Shown here: positions 19,024 to 28,166 of the stretch, in pieces
Layout: every line of letters starts with the position of its first letter
Numbering within the stretch: the first letter of the stretch is position 1
Source: Akkermansia muciniphila
Lineage (GTDB): Bacteria; Verrucomicrobiota; Verrucomicrobiia; Limisphaerales; SIBE01
Length of the DNA stretch: 64,000 bases
Direction: 5' to 3'
NCBI GenBank assembly: GCA_945861765.1
Contig: CAMAWP010000005.1
Coordinates: forward strand, 2,651 to 66,650
Notes under the pieces: generated by a model
The model's input: the letters and a program-made list of their open reading frames with translations, nothing else
The model's database searches: none
What the model was told of the DNA's origin: nothing
Translations under genes and position numbers: made by a program

Positions 19024-19263
19024 TCCTCAGCCTATTTGCAAGAAACACTATCCGAGCGCCACTGTCGGACGTCGCCAGCCGCTCGGCCTCAACTCCGAGG
19101 AGATTACGATTAGGATTAAGAGTATGAAAACGGCCCTCTGAAATCGGAGCTTAATTCAATGGTAGTGGCACACAGCTCCGCCTCCGCAAAGTGAGAATTG
19201 CCGACCGGTTGACCGAGGCGCTGGGCAAATGTTCAGAGTCCCAGTAGTGTATCCACCAGTTGA

Positions 19264-20082
19264 ATGAAAATGGACGATGTACGGTTTAGCGGGATTGCCC
19301 GGCTTTTTTCCGGAGAAGGCCTAGACAGGTTGCGGCGCTCCCATGTCTGTGTTGTGGGGGTGGGTGGAGTGGGCTCCTGGGCGGTAGAAGCCCTGGCGCG
19401 ATCTGGAATTGGCGAACTGACGCTCGTCGATATGGACGATATCTGTGTGAGCAATGTGAATCGTCAATTGCACGCATTGGATGGCGAGTTCGGCAAACCG
19501 AAAGTCGAAGTGATGGCACAACGTGCGCGAGCCATCAATCCTGATTGCGTTGTCCATCCGCTTCAGTCCTTTTTCCTCAGATCAAACGCTCAAGAGATTT
19601 TGCAGCCTGGATTCAGCTACGTGCTCGATGCAATCGATAGTCCGTCCAAGAAATGCCTGTTGATCGACATGTGCCGCGACAAAAAGCTCCCTGTGATCAC
19701 GGTGGGCAGCTCAGGAGGACGAAGGGACCCCACCGCTGTGCGCGTGATGGACCTCGCCTTTACGAGCCATGATCGCCTCCTGCAAGAAATCCGAAAAAAA
19801 TTGCGCGTCCGGCACGGCTTTCCCCGTGGCCTACAGCCGTTCAATGTGGACTGCGTCTGTTCAGTCGAGCCACCGGTCTATCCGGTGAAAGATGGCTCAG
19901 TCTGCGCGCAACGTGGTTCAGATACCGACCTCCGGCTCGATTGCAACAGCGGTTACGGCACAGCCAGCTTTGTTACGGGAACGTTTGGTTTGGTCGCTGC
20001 GGCGCATGTTGTTCAAAAGCTCGCCAGCGCCAGTACCGTCAGCGAAACGCCATCGAAGTCCGGTCGTGAGAGCACGGTCTGA
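19264..20082 (+). CDS. tcdA: tRNA threonylcarbamoyladenosine dehydratase (ThiF/E1-like, TcdA family)
   Basis: VCVVGVGGVGSWAVEALARSGIGELTLVDMDDICVSNVNRQ. The length is typical for TcdA/CsdL. Confidence 0.8.
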   Translation: MKMDDVRFSGIARLFSGEGLDRLRRSHVCVVGVGGVGSWAVEALARSGIGELTLVDMDDICVSNVNRQLHALDGEFGKPKVEVMAQRARAINPDCVVHPLQSFFLRSNAQEILQPGFSYVLDAIDSPSKKCLLIDMCRDKKLPVITVGSSGGRRDPTAVRVMDLAFTSHDRLLQEIRKKLRVRHGFPRGLQPFNVDCVCSVEPPVYPVKDGSVCAQRGSDTDLRLDCNSGYGTASFVTGTFGLVAAAHVVQKLASASTVSETPSKSGRESTV

Positions 20083-20111
20083 TTCTGTTTCCAAGGCGAG
20101 TGAGCCGACAG

Positions 20112-20918
20112 CTAAGAAGTTCGAAATAGGCGTTGGAAATTTTCCTCCACGCGCATTGCCAACGATTCGAGCGGTTCATTCAAAAGTTCTGCAACGAAGC
20201 GGTAAACCGACGCCACATTCGCTGGATGATTAATTGGTTTACCGGAGCCCACATCTGTTAGAGGAAACGCATTGCGTTCATCGGGGAGCAGTTGATCGGG
20301 AGCATCGGTCTCGATGAGCAGACGGTCGGGAGGGACCTGTTTGAAAGCCTCGCGCTGCCGCGCCTTGCGATCATGTTCGAAGTAACCCGGAATAGAAAAA
20401 TAGGCGCCCAGCTTGGCAAGGGGATCGATCATTTCGGCTGGGCCACCATAGGAATGCAGCACAAAACCAAGTCGCGGGCGCGGTTCCGCCCGGAGAAGCT
20501 CCAGAAGCCTATCCCAAGCGTGCAAGCAATGAATGCTGACAGGCAAGTCTCGTTCCACTGCGAGACGTAACTGCCAAACAAACGCTTCTTCTTGTTGTGG
20601 CAAATCGCAGTCTTTAATCCAGCGATCGAGTCCGATTTCTCCAACAGCAGCCGGACCCTGATTGAGGTAGTGCTGAAGCGCCTTCTGCCATTCCGCGCTC
20701 CGCTCTTCGACGCACCACGGATGACATCCGAAAGAGGGTAAGACCTGCCGATGCTTGCGGGCTAACGCCAGCACCTCGGGCCAATCCTCCTCGCACGTAC
20801 CGTTGACGACCATCTTTACGATGCCTTCCCTTTGGACCGCTTCCATGACGGCATGGCGATGCGGCGCGAGTCGGTCGTCTTGCAAATGGTTGTGAGCGTC
20901 GTAGAGACGAAGACTCAT
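20112..20918 (-). CDS. TatD-family metal-dependent hydrolase
   Basis: YDAHNHL, SIHCL, VLHSYGG and ETDAPD motifs. Confidence 0.9.
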   Translation of the reverse strand: MSLRLYDAHNHLQDDRLAPHRHAVMEAVQREGIVKMVVNGTCEEDWPEVLALARKHRQVLPSFGCHPWCVEERSAEWQKALQHYLNQGPAAVGEIGLDRWIKDCDLPQQEEAFVWQLRLAVERDLPVSIHCLHAWDRLLELLRAEPRPRLGFVLHSYGGPAEMIDPLAKLGAYFSIPGYFEHDRKARQREAFKQVPPDRLLIETDAPDQLLPDERNAFPLTDVGSGKPINHPANVASVYRFVAELLNEPLESLAMRVEENFQRLFRTS

Positions 20919-20986
20919 AACGAAGGCAGGTAATCTGACTTCTTCAACGCCAGAACACGATCCGAGCCAACCCCATCACTGGGGAG

Positions 20987-22126
20987 TTACACATGGTGTG
21001 TGCAACTGAGATCACCCTCGGGGTTAATGCCCCAACGGCGTCCAGCCTCCACAAGCTCCGGTGTGAGAGGCCATCGGTCGGCTTGAACATCGCCCGCGTG
21101 CTCCGGGTTGCCGCCTTTCAGGGACATGCAGCCTTTGTTATCGCCGACGCCTAAAATCTGGCGGGATTCTTCGGCGGTGAGTTTGATGTCTGGCAGGGCG
21201 GCAAGTTCTTCGACCTTGGACTCGATGCTTTTTGTGCCGGGACTGGCCTCTTGGATCAAAGTGGGGATCACGCTGCTTACGGCAGGCTGGGAGAGATTCC
21301 AGAGACAGGCGAGCTGGAGCATGGTGACGCCGTGGGCTGTGGCAAATTCCCGGATTTTATCCATCTTTACATTGCCAGCCTCCACCCAGCCAGCGGGGCG
21401 AAAGGCGCGATGGTCTTGAGGGCCGAACTTATGGCCGGGCTTCACGTCGTCGTGGAACAATCCGCCATAGTCCACCACGCGGGTAATGACTTTCACGTTG
21501 TGAGTTTGAGCGGCGGGAAGACAGAGGCTGCCAGGCCACGGTTCGAGCGGATTGAGGATGACCATGGCCCAATCAATCAACGCGCCGAATTTCTCGAAAC
21601 AAGAGATGATATCCAGCGTGAAACCGTTGGCAGGTCCAGGCGCGATGCCAAGGCGGTCGGTCAACCCTGCTTCTTTAACTGCCTGCATCGCCTTCCAGAC
21701 CGCCTCGCTCGAATAACCGGTCGAGTCGGGATTGTGCAGGAGCAGGAGGTCAAACTTGGAAACCCTGCAGCGCGTGAGTTCCTTCTCCGCAGCCATTTTC
21801 AAATAGTCCGCGTACTGGGCGGGCCCGCGCAGGGCGGGATTAGTGAAGCGCGGATAACCTTTGGAGCCTTCGCGTTTACCTTCATAGAAGTCGTGGCCAA
21901 CCGCTCCGACGAGGCAATAGCTGTCGCGCGGGAAGCCAGCCAGGGCGCGCCCAAGCATTTCGTCAGCCTGACCGTTACCATAAACGTCGGCTGTCATGAA
22001 AGTACGTATCCCTCTGTCATACGCGAGGCTGATCACCTTAAGAAAACGCTCTTCGTCCAGCGGCTCGCCGAAATGCATGAACCGGCCCCCGCTCCAAGTT
22101 CCGTAGGCAGTGCGTGTCAAATCCAT
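20987..22126 (-). CDS. Aldo/keto reductase
   Basis: Start taken at MDLTRTAYGTW (22126), which leaves a 7-bp gap to the upstream stop. Resembles the AKR family (FMTADVYGNGQADEMLG, LLLLHNPD). Confidence 0.85.
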   Translation of the reverse strand: MDLTRTAYGTWSGGRFMHFGEPLDEERFLKVISLAYDRGIRTFMTADVYGNGQADEMLGRALAGFPRDSYCLVGAVGHDFYEGKREGSKGYPRFTNPALRGPAQYADYLKMAAEKELTRCRVSKFDLLLLHNPDSTGYSSEAVWKAMQAVKEAGLTDRLGIAPGPANGFTLDIISCFEKFGALIDWAMVILNPLEPWPGSLCLPAAQTHNVKVITRVVDYGGLFHDDVKPGHKFGPQDHRAFRPAGWVEAGNVKMDKIREFATAHGVTMLQLACLWNLSQPAVSSVIPTLIQEASPGTKSIESKVEELAALPDIKLTAEESRQILGVGDNKGCMSLKGGNPEHAGDVQADRWPLTPELVEAGRRWGINPEGDLSCTHHV

Positions 22127-22133
22127 AATATTT

Positions 22134-22649
22134 TCAAAATCCCAGGCTCTGCAGCTCACTTTGCAATTGCGTTTGAAAGGTCTGCAGGTCCTCTGGTGAA
22201 GGTCTGTAGCCTTGCTGGGCCGCCACGAGTCCCAACCGTCCCATTTGATCTAGGTGCCAGTCAGCGGAGTTGCCGTCGCTGAAAGTCACTTTTCCACTCA
22301 CCAAAGCGCCCGGCCGAGCCACTTGATCCACGACGACTGAAACGCCGCGAGCACTACCATCCGGCCCTTTGTTTAGGCTCGCTGATGCGTCTGCGGTGAG
22401 ACCAGGGCTCCTTGCATTCGCGGCGGGCGGAGTTCCAGGGCCGACTGGCTGGAGCGCTGACGGAACGACGGCAGGGGGAGGCTGTTTGTCCTTGGGCTTG
22501 AGCTTCAAATCATCCATTAGAAACCGAACTTCCATGTAGGTCATGGTAATGGCCCAATCCGAGGCCAATTTCCGTTGAATCTGAGAAAGGGTCAAACCCT
22601 CTGCTATCCACGCCGCTACTTTTTGTTTCTGCACGTCATCCAAGTTCAT
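22134..22649 (-). CDS. Hypothetical protein: N-terminal HTH-like helix pair, Pro/Ala-rich linker, small C-terminal beta domain
   Basis: 171-aa ORF with coding-like composition, tightly coupled to the AKR gene. VAAWIAEGLTLSQIQRKL resembles a helix-turn-helix. Confidence 0.5.
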   Translation of the reverse strand: MNLDDVQKQKVAAWIAEGLTLSQIQRKLASDWAITMTYMEVRFLMDDLKLKPKDKQPPPAVVPSALQPVGPGTPPAANARSPGLTADASASLNKGPDGSARGVSVVVDQVARPGALVSGKVTFSDGNSADWHLDQMGRLGLVAAQQGYRPSPEDLQTFQTQLQSELQSLGF

Positions 22650-23084
22650 GTTTATTGATTGTTACCCTTCGGGGGTTCTTATCGTTGATATGGCAAATTT
22701 TGCAACTCACTTTGATGGGCCGCGCCCAACACAGCTTCCTTCGGCCAACCGAACACCGACGCCGCCGATCGTCAAAAGCACCATCGCCCCAAGCCAGGCG
22801 GCGCTCAGATAGGCTCTGGCGCCGCAGGCGTTTGGTCGTGTCGGACAGTGTGCTAGATTGTTCTCGGTATCTGCAATTAAGGAATGCAAAATGCTTAAAA
22901 AGCTCTCAAAATAGCACGTCACGCCAGGAGCGATTCCGGTTTGGCACTGTTGAAATGATAACAAAATCGTTGCGCGAGTTCGTGAGATTATGGCTTGATC
23001 TCGATTTGAGAGACTTGTTGACGTCTATAGTCCTGGATATCTTGCCGTGCGCCTGTTATGAAGTTGCTCGCGACGCAATGAAGT

Positions 23085-23363
23085 ATGAGTCGATCCCGGT
23101 TACAGGTAATTTACAGCGGCCGAGTGCAGGGTGTCGGGTTCCGTTATACGGCGAAAACCCTCGCAGCGGGATTTGAAATCACTGGTACAGTTCGCAACTT
23201 ACCAGATGGCGGAGTGGAATTGCTGGCTGAAGGGTTGAAGGAAGAGCTTGGGGCCTTTCAAGGGGCCATTCGCGATTCCGGGCTCGGCCATTTTATCAGT
23301 CGGGAGCAGGTCATGTGGAGTGAGCCGACGGGTGAATTTCGCGGATTTGGAATTGTTGGCTAA
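23085..23363 (+). CDS. acyP: Acylphosphatase
   Basis: 92 aa. YSGRVQGVGFRYTA signature. Confidence 0.9.
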   Translation: MSRSRLQVIYSGRVQGVGFRYTAKTLAAGFEITGTVRNLPDGGVELLAEGLKEELGAFQGAIRDSGLGHFISREQVMWSEPTGEFRGFGIVG

Positions 23364-23381
23364 AGTTGGGAAAGCTAAGAG

Positions 23382-24104
23382 ATGAAGTACGCTATTATCG
23401 CGGACATACATGCAAATCTGGAAGCGTTGCAAGTTGTCTTGGAAGATACCAAGAACGAAAAATGTACGCATTATGCCTGTCTGGGCGATGTCGTTGGTTA
23501 CAACGCCAATCCAAAGGAATGTTTGAACATCATTCGTTCGATGGGGATGCCCTGTGTCAAAGGGAACCACGATGAATATTGCTCCAGCGAGACCGATCTC
23601 GAAGGTTTTAATCCTCATGCCGCCGAGGCCGTTAACTGGACCCGCCATCAATTGACCGAAGAAGACCACCAGTGGCTTCGGGACTTGAAGTACACGCGGC
23701 TCGCAGCGAGCTTCTCGATCGTTCATGCCACGTTGGATGGCCCTCAGCGGTGGGGTTATGTTTTTGACAAATTGGCCGCTGCAGCCAGCTTTACTTACCA
23801 GAACACAAGCGTTTGCTTTTTTGGACATACACACGTCCCAGTCGCTTTCATCCGAGATACGGTGGTGCGCGGCGGGACTTATTCTAAATTCAAGATCGAG
23901 GCAGGACGGAAGTATTTCGTTAACGTGGGCAGCGTGGGGCAATCTCGAGACGGAGTTGCGAAAGCCACTTACGTTATTTACGATTTGGATGAAGGGTCGA
24001 TCGAATTGCGGCGTTTGGATTACGACATCCCTAAGACCCAGGCAAAAATTCGGACGGCTGGTTTGCCCGAGCGACTAGCTGAGCGGCTTGCTCACGGCAG
24101 GTAG
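23382..24104 (+). CDS. Metallophosphoesterase family protein (YfcE/MJ0936-like)
   Basis: IADIHAN, GDVVGY, GNHD and GHTH motifs. Confidence 0.85.
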   Translation: MKYAIIADIHANLEALQVVLEDTKNEKCTHYACLGDVVGYNANPKECLNIIRSMGMPCVKGNHDEYCSSETDLEGFNPHAAEAVNWTRHQLTEEDHQWLRDLKYTRLAASFSIVHATLDGPQRWGYVFDKLAAAASFTYQNTSVCFFGHTHVPVAFIRDTVVRGGTYSKFKIEAGRKYFVNVGSVGQSRDGVAKATYVIYDLDEGSIELRRLDYDIPKTQAKIRTAGLPERLAERLAHGR

Positions 24105-24150
24105 GTCAATCAACGAGGTCAAGGCGGGGCTCTCCTGCGGCTCTGGCTGA

Positions 24151-25194
24151 ATGGAGCTGAGGCTACTCTCCAAGTTGAAAATACTCATTCTCAAATCCAG
24201 TTCGCTTGGGGATGTGGTACAGGCTTTGCCGGTGCTTCGTCTGCTGAAACAGCATGATCCCTCAAGCCAGATCTTTTGGTGGTTGTCGGCCGATTTGCTT
24301 TCGCTGCTTGAAAGCGACCCCGACCTGACCGGCATCTTTCCGTTCGCACGCCATCGCTGGGTTTCACCGCAGCACTGGGACGAACTTCTCCTGAGCGTAC
24401 AGCAAATCCGCGAGCGCGCCTTCGATTGGGTAATTGATCTGCAAGGCTTGGCTCGAAGTGGATTCATTGCCTGGCTCGCTTGCGGCAAGTTAACGGTCGG
24501 GTTGGATGATCTCCGCGAGGGAGCCGCAGGGTTCTACGACTTGTTGATTCCGCGGCCTTCATACTACACTCATGCCGTCGATTGGTATCTGGGGGCTCTG
24601 CCTTTGCTTGGGGTGCCAAAGCACGAGAATTTTACCTGGTTGCCCTTTCGAAAAGACGCGGCAAGCGCGATCGAACAGAGGTGGCATCCGGGCGGAGCGC
24701 GGTGGGTTATTGTGAACCCGGGCGCCCGATGGTTTAACAAACGATGGCCCGCGGAGTTTTATCGGGAGCTCGTTCAGCTCATCACACGAAGCAATCCGGA
24801 TGTTCATGTGGCGGTCATGGGCGGCAAAGCAGACGCTGCTCTGGGCGAAGCGATCGTCCGAGGCAATCCTCACCAATGCCTCGATCTGACAGGAAAAACT
24901 TCACTTCCGGAGATGATCGAATGGATCCGGCTCAGCGAGTTAATAGTGACCAACGATACCGGGCCGATGCATGTGGCGGCGGCGTTGGATAAGCCTGTCG
25001 TAGGGATTTTCGGGCCTACCGAACAGCGCCGAACGGGACCGTACCAACAGGTGGACGAGGTGATTAGAATTCCATTGCCGTGCGCGCCGTGTCTGAAATC
25101 AACCTGCGCCCATGAGAGACCTCTGGAATGTTTACGAGCGATCCCGCCGTCCGCCGTGTTTGCGCAAGTCCAAAAGCGTTTGGCGAAGATCTAG
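24151..25194 (+). CDS. Glycosyltransferase family 9 (LPS heptosyltransferase-like)
   Basis: ILILKSSSLGDVVQALPVL N-terminus and NDTGPMHVAAAL near the C-terminus. Confidence 0.85.
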   Translation: MELRLLSKLKILILKSSSLGDVVQALPVLRLLKQHDPSSQIFWWLSADLLSLLESDPDLTGIFPFARHRWVSPQHWDELLLSVQQIRERAFDWVIDLQGLARSGFIAWLACGKLTVGLDDLREGAAGFYDLLIPRPSYYTHAVDWYLGALPLLGVPKHENFTWLPFRKDAASAIEQRWHPGGARWVIVNPGARWFNKRWPAEFYRELVQLITRSNPDVHVAVMGGKADAALGEAIVRGNPHQCLDLTGKTSLPEMIEWIRLSELIVTNDTGPMHVAAALDKPVVGIFGPTEQRRTGPYQQVDEVIRIPLPCAPCLKSTCAHERPLECLRAIPPSAVFAQVQKRLAKI

Positions 25195-25303
25195 CTCCCC
25201 TCAGATTGCATCAAGCTCCTCGCAAATTCGATCGAGCATTTTCAATTGCTGGCGCGTCGGATTTGCGGCTTGCCTGTGAATTCATCAACTCTAAAGTGGT
25301 CGC

Positions 25304-26167
25304 ATGAAATTGTTGCTCACCTTGCTGGGCTGTTGGTTTGCATGTTTACCCTCCGTGATGGCACAGGGGGTGACTGTTGAATTAACCCTGGACCAAGAAC
25401 ATTACTTATCGCGCGAAGCACTCGTCGTCAAAGTGCGTATCACGAATTACTCCGGCCAAACGCTCGAGTTGGGCAAGGAGGAGGACTGGCTCACGTTCGT
25501 AATCGAGGGTGGGAACAACCATGCGGTGGCGAGACTCGCGCAAGTGTCGGTGAAAGCAGATTATCGTTTGGATTCATCCAGAACAGGCACAATTCCCGTG
25601 GACTTGGCGTCACGTTTTGATCTATCGAGGCCGGGTCATTATAAGGTGACAGCGACAGTCAAAGTTGCTCAATGGCGGCAGGCCGTTCGAAGCGATACGC
25701 GCAGCTTCGACATTATCAACGGAAATAAACTGTGGGAGCAAGACTTCGGGATGCCCCAGGCGACCAACTCTGTTCCGGAAGTTCGGAAATACGCTCTGTT
25801 ACAAGGCAATCATCTTAAGGAACTGAAGCTCTATCTTCGCGTGTCCGATGCCGCCGAAACCCAGGTCTATCGGGTTTTTCCAATTGGTCCGATGGTCTCG
25901 GTTAGCAAGCCTGAGCCTCAGCTCGACAAATACTCGAATCTCCACATCCTCTACCAGGTCGGTGCGCGCAGCTTCAGTTACTCGGTGATCAGCCCGGATG
26001 GCTTGATCATCGCCAAGGAAACCCATGATTTTTCGACAACAAGGCCTGTCTTGCGCGCCGATCTCGATGGACGAATCCGCGTGATGGGAGGCACTCGACG
26101 CCGCACTCCCAACGATCTGCCGCATCCTCTCAACTCTACTCTTTCCAGTGATGACAAATCGCAGTAA
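25304..26167 (+). CDS. Exported hypothetical protein (predicted all-beta, two domains)
   Basis: Signal peptide MKLLLTLLGCWFACLPSVMAQG. No family recognised. Confidence 0.55.
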   Translation: MKLLLTLLGCWFACLPSVMAQGVTVELTLDQEHYLSREALVVKVRITNYSGQTLELGKEEDWLTFVIEGGNNHAVARLAQVSVKADYRLDSSRTGTIPVDLASRFDLSRPGHYKVTATVKVAQWRQAVRSDTRSFDIINGNKLWEQDFGMPQATNSVPEVRKYALLQGNHLKELKLYLRVSDAAETQVYRVFPIGPMVSVSKPEPQLDKYSNLHILYQVGARSFSYSVISPDGLIIAKETHDFSTTRPVLRADLDGRIRVMGGTRRRTPNDLPHPLNSTLSSDDKSQ

Positions 26168-27257
26168 CCGCAAAGCCGATTTCCTCGCTCGCTGTTGGTG
26201 GTTGCTCTTGGCCTCTTTCGTCGCTCTAGGTTCGGTCTCTGCCAAAAACGTCATTCTCTACCTGCAGAACGGAGATCGGATCAGTGGCGCGATCGTTTCG
26301 GAGAACTCCTATTCAGTCACGATTGCTACCGCCTATGCAACAAATCTGACGGTGCCAGTGCAGCAGATCAACCGCCGGGAACATGCGCCCCTGCCGGAAG
26401 CTTCTAGTTCGGATGCTTCCCAACCAACGCCTCAGCCAGTTTCCCCGAAGGTGTTCTCTACAACCAACGCCCCTGCATCCATGTCAGGAAATGCCGCCAA
26501 ACAGAACTCGACCAACAAGGTGGCAACGGGCAAGGTCCCAGAGGCACCATCCCCTCGCGCTGGCAGCACAAACGTCCTTCAGCCATTAGGGATTCAGAAG
26601 TTCCTAGCAGACTGGAAGGGAGAGTTGCAGGTGGGTCTGAATCTTGGATTTAGCTCCAAGGACCGGCAGCTTTATGCCGGACGATTCAAAGCCACACACA
26701 CACCTCGGACGTTTTTGAGAAATATTTTGGATTACAATATGTCTTATGGCCGGACGGAAGGAGTCCTGTCGGATGACAGAATGGATGGCAGTTGGAAGAC
26801 TGAATATGATCTGAGCAAACGGTTCTCGGTCTATAACGTCGTCGGCGCTGGTTTCGACGATATCCGCAAGATCGACCTCCAATATGATCTAGGCCCAGGC
26901 TTCGGTTATAAGTGGCTTGAGCGAACAAACTTGGTCTTCAAGAACGAGCTCGGCGGCAATTACCAAAAACAAATGTTTGCCGATGATGCAGATAAAAAGC
27001 GCTACTCCTTGCGTTTAGCGGAGGACTTTTGGTGGCAGATTACGAGCAAGATTCGATGGGATGAAAAACTGGAATTTTTTCCGCAAGTTGATGATCTTTC
27101 CAATTACCGTATCCGGGCGGAAAGCAACTTGAGCTATTTGCTCCGAAACAACCTGAGTTTGAACCTGGCCGTGATTGATCTTTATGATCCTTCCGCGCCC
27201 GGAAACGTGTCGTTAAACGATCTTCAAATTCGTTCCACGCTTGGAATTAGATTTTGA
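26148..27257 (+). CDS. DUF481-like outer-membrane beta-barrel protein with N-terminal small beta domain and Ser/Pro-rich linker
   Basis: Signal peptide. The C-terminal about 220 aa show an alternating beta-strand pattern ending in ...LQIRSTLGIRF (terminal aromatic). Resembles DUF481/YdiY. Confidence 0.6.
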   Translation: MMTNRSNRKADFLARCWWLLLASFVALGSVSAKNVILYLQNGDRISGAIVSENSYSVTIATAYATNLTVPVQQINRREHAPLPEASSSDASQPTPQPVSPKVFSTTNAPASMSGNAAKQNSTNKVATGKVPEAPSPRAGSTNVLQPLGIQKFLADWKGELQVGLNLGFSSKDRQLYAGRFKATHTPRTFLRNILDYNMSYGRTEGVLSDDRMDGSWKTEYDLSKRFSVYNVVGAGFDDIRKIDLQYDLGPGFGYKWLERTNLVFKNELGGNYQKQMFADDADKKRYSLRLAEDFWWQITSKIRWDEKLEFFPQVDDLSNYRIRAESNLSYLLRNNLSLNLAVIDLYDPSAPGNVSLNDLQIRSTLGIRF

Positions 27258-27398
27258 CCGAGCGTGCCGCAACTTCTGGCGGCGTGGCTGTTCCTTACGA
27301 AGGGGGGGAGGCGATTTTGACAAGGCGAAAATCTCCCAGCGGGCTGAGTTGAGTCACCGGCAAACTGGATGGATGGCTTATTCAGCGGCAACTCCGCG

Positions 27399-27944
27399 TT
27401 AGCCGGCGGAGCAAATGGCCTGAGGATGAACGCGGAGGATTTTGTTCACCACGGACGGAAGATCTGGCAGGATAAAATCGTGGTGCCCTGAACCATTCCA
27501 TGGAGATCGGATCAATAGAGAAGTGCATCCCACTACATGAGCTGCTTGGGCATCCTGCCATTTGTCACTGATCACATAACTGCGATCCAAATCCACGTGC
27601 CACTTGAAAGCCGCCTCGATGAGCAATCCTGGCCTCGGTTTGCGACAAGGACAACCATCGATTTCGTCGTGAGCACAGAGCAGCACATCATCCAAGCCAA
27701 AGCGTTGCCGTAGCAACGCGTGCATCAAGTCCAAATCCCGGCGCGATTGGTAACCCCGCGAAAGCCCCGGTTGGTTGGTTGTAGCGAACAGGACAAACCC
27801 GGCGGCCTTAAGGTCCCTGAGCGGCTGTAGCGCCGCTTCATTCAATTGAAATTGGTCCAAAGTCAACGGAGTGACTTGATGCTGCTTCTCGACTCGGACC
27901 AAATTCAAGATCCCATCTCTCTCAAAAAATACTCCAGTTTTCAT
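27399..27944 (-). CDS. gmhB: D-glycero-beta-D-manno-heptose-1,7-bisphosphate 7-phosphatase (HAD-IIIA)
   Basis: Start taken at MKTGVFFERDG (27944). FERDG, TNQPG and CxCRKPRPGLL motifs. Confidence 0.85.
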   Translation of the reverse strand: MKTGVFFERDGILNLVRVEKQHQVTPLTLDQFQLNEAALQPLRDLKAAGFVLFATTNQPGLSRGYQSRRDLDLMHALLRQRFGLDDVLLCAHDEIDGCPCRKPRPGLLIEAAFKWHVDLDRSYVISDKWQDAQAAHVVGCTSLLIRSPWNGSGHHDFILPDLPSVVNKILRVHPQAICSAG

Positions 27945-28166
27945 ACTCTCGACGTAAAGCACGAACCTGGCCGAGACATTATAGGGAGTAAAACAACGGG
28001 AATTTCTCATATTCACCGTTTTTTGAATCGCACCGTTGAGAAGAAGTGTCCCGAATCGTGCGTGATGTGTCCACTCGCAGCGGACGCGCGAAACAACTTT
28101 GATCGGGATTCGAGATGTTCCACGACGGGCTGACCAGCGACCTCAGCTCCGGTACTCGTCAACCTC

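Noticed and set aside
19141-19225. tRNA-like D-loop string TTCAATGGTAG
   Set aside because: I could not build an acceptor stem, an anticodon arm or a GTTCGAATC-type T-loop around it. The flanking GGAGCT...AGCTCC forms only a simple hairpin. It is not a tRNA.
21251-22282. 343-aa plus-strand ORF
   Set aside because: It lies entirely antisense to the well-supported aldo/keto reductase gene. Its composition is Arg/Ala/Gly-rich, typical of shadow ORFs in GC-rich DNA. The same reasoning applies to 40477..41463, 44388..45161, 6831..7685, 62568..63365, 56490..57155 and 45711..46403.
22655-23176. 173-aa plus-strand ORF spanning the 22650-23084 gap
   Set aside because: It is strongly Arg/Ser-rich (RRRRSSKAPSPQARRRSDRLWRRRR). 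It starts at a non-ATG codon and runs into the acylphosphatase gene out of frame. It is judged non-coding.
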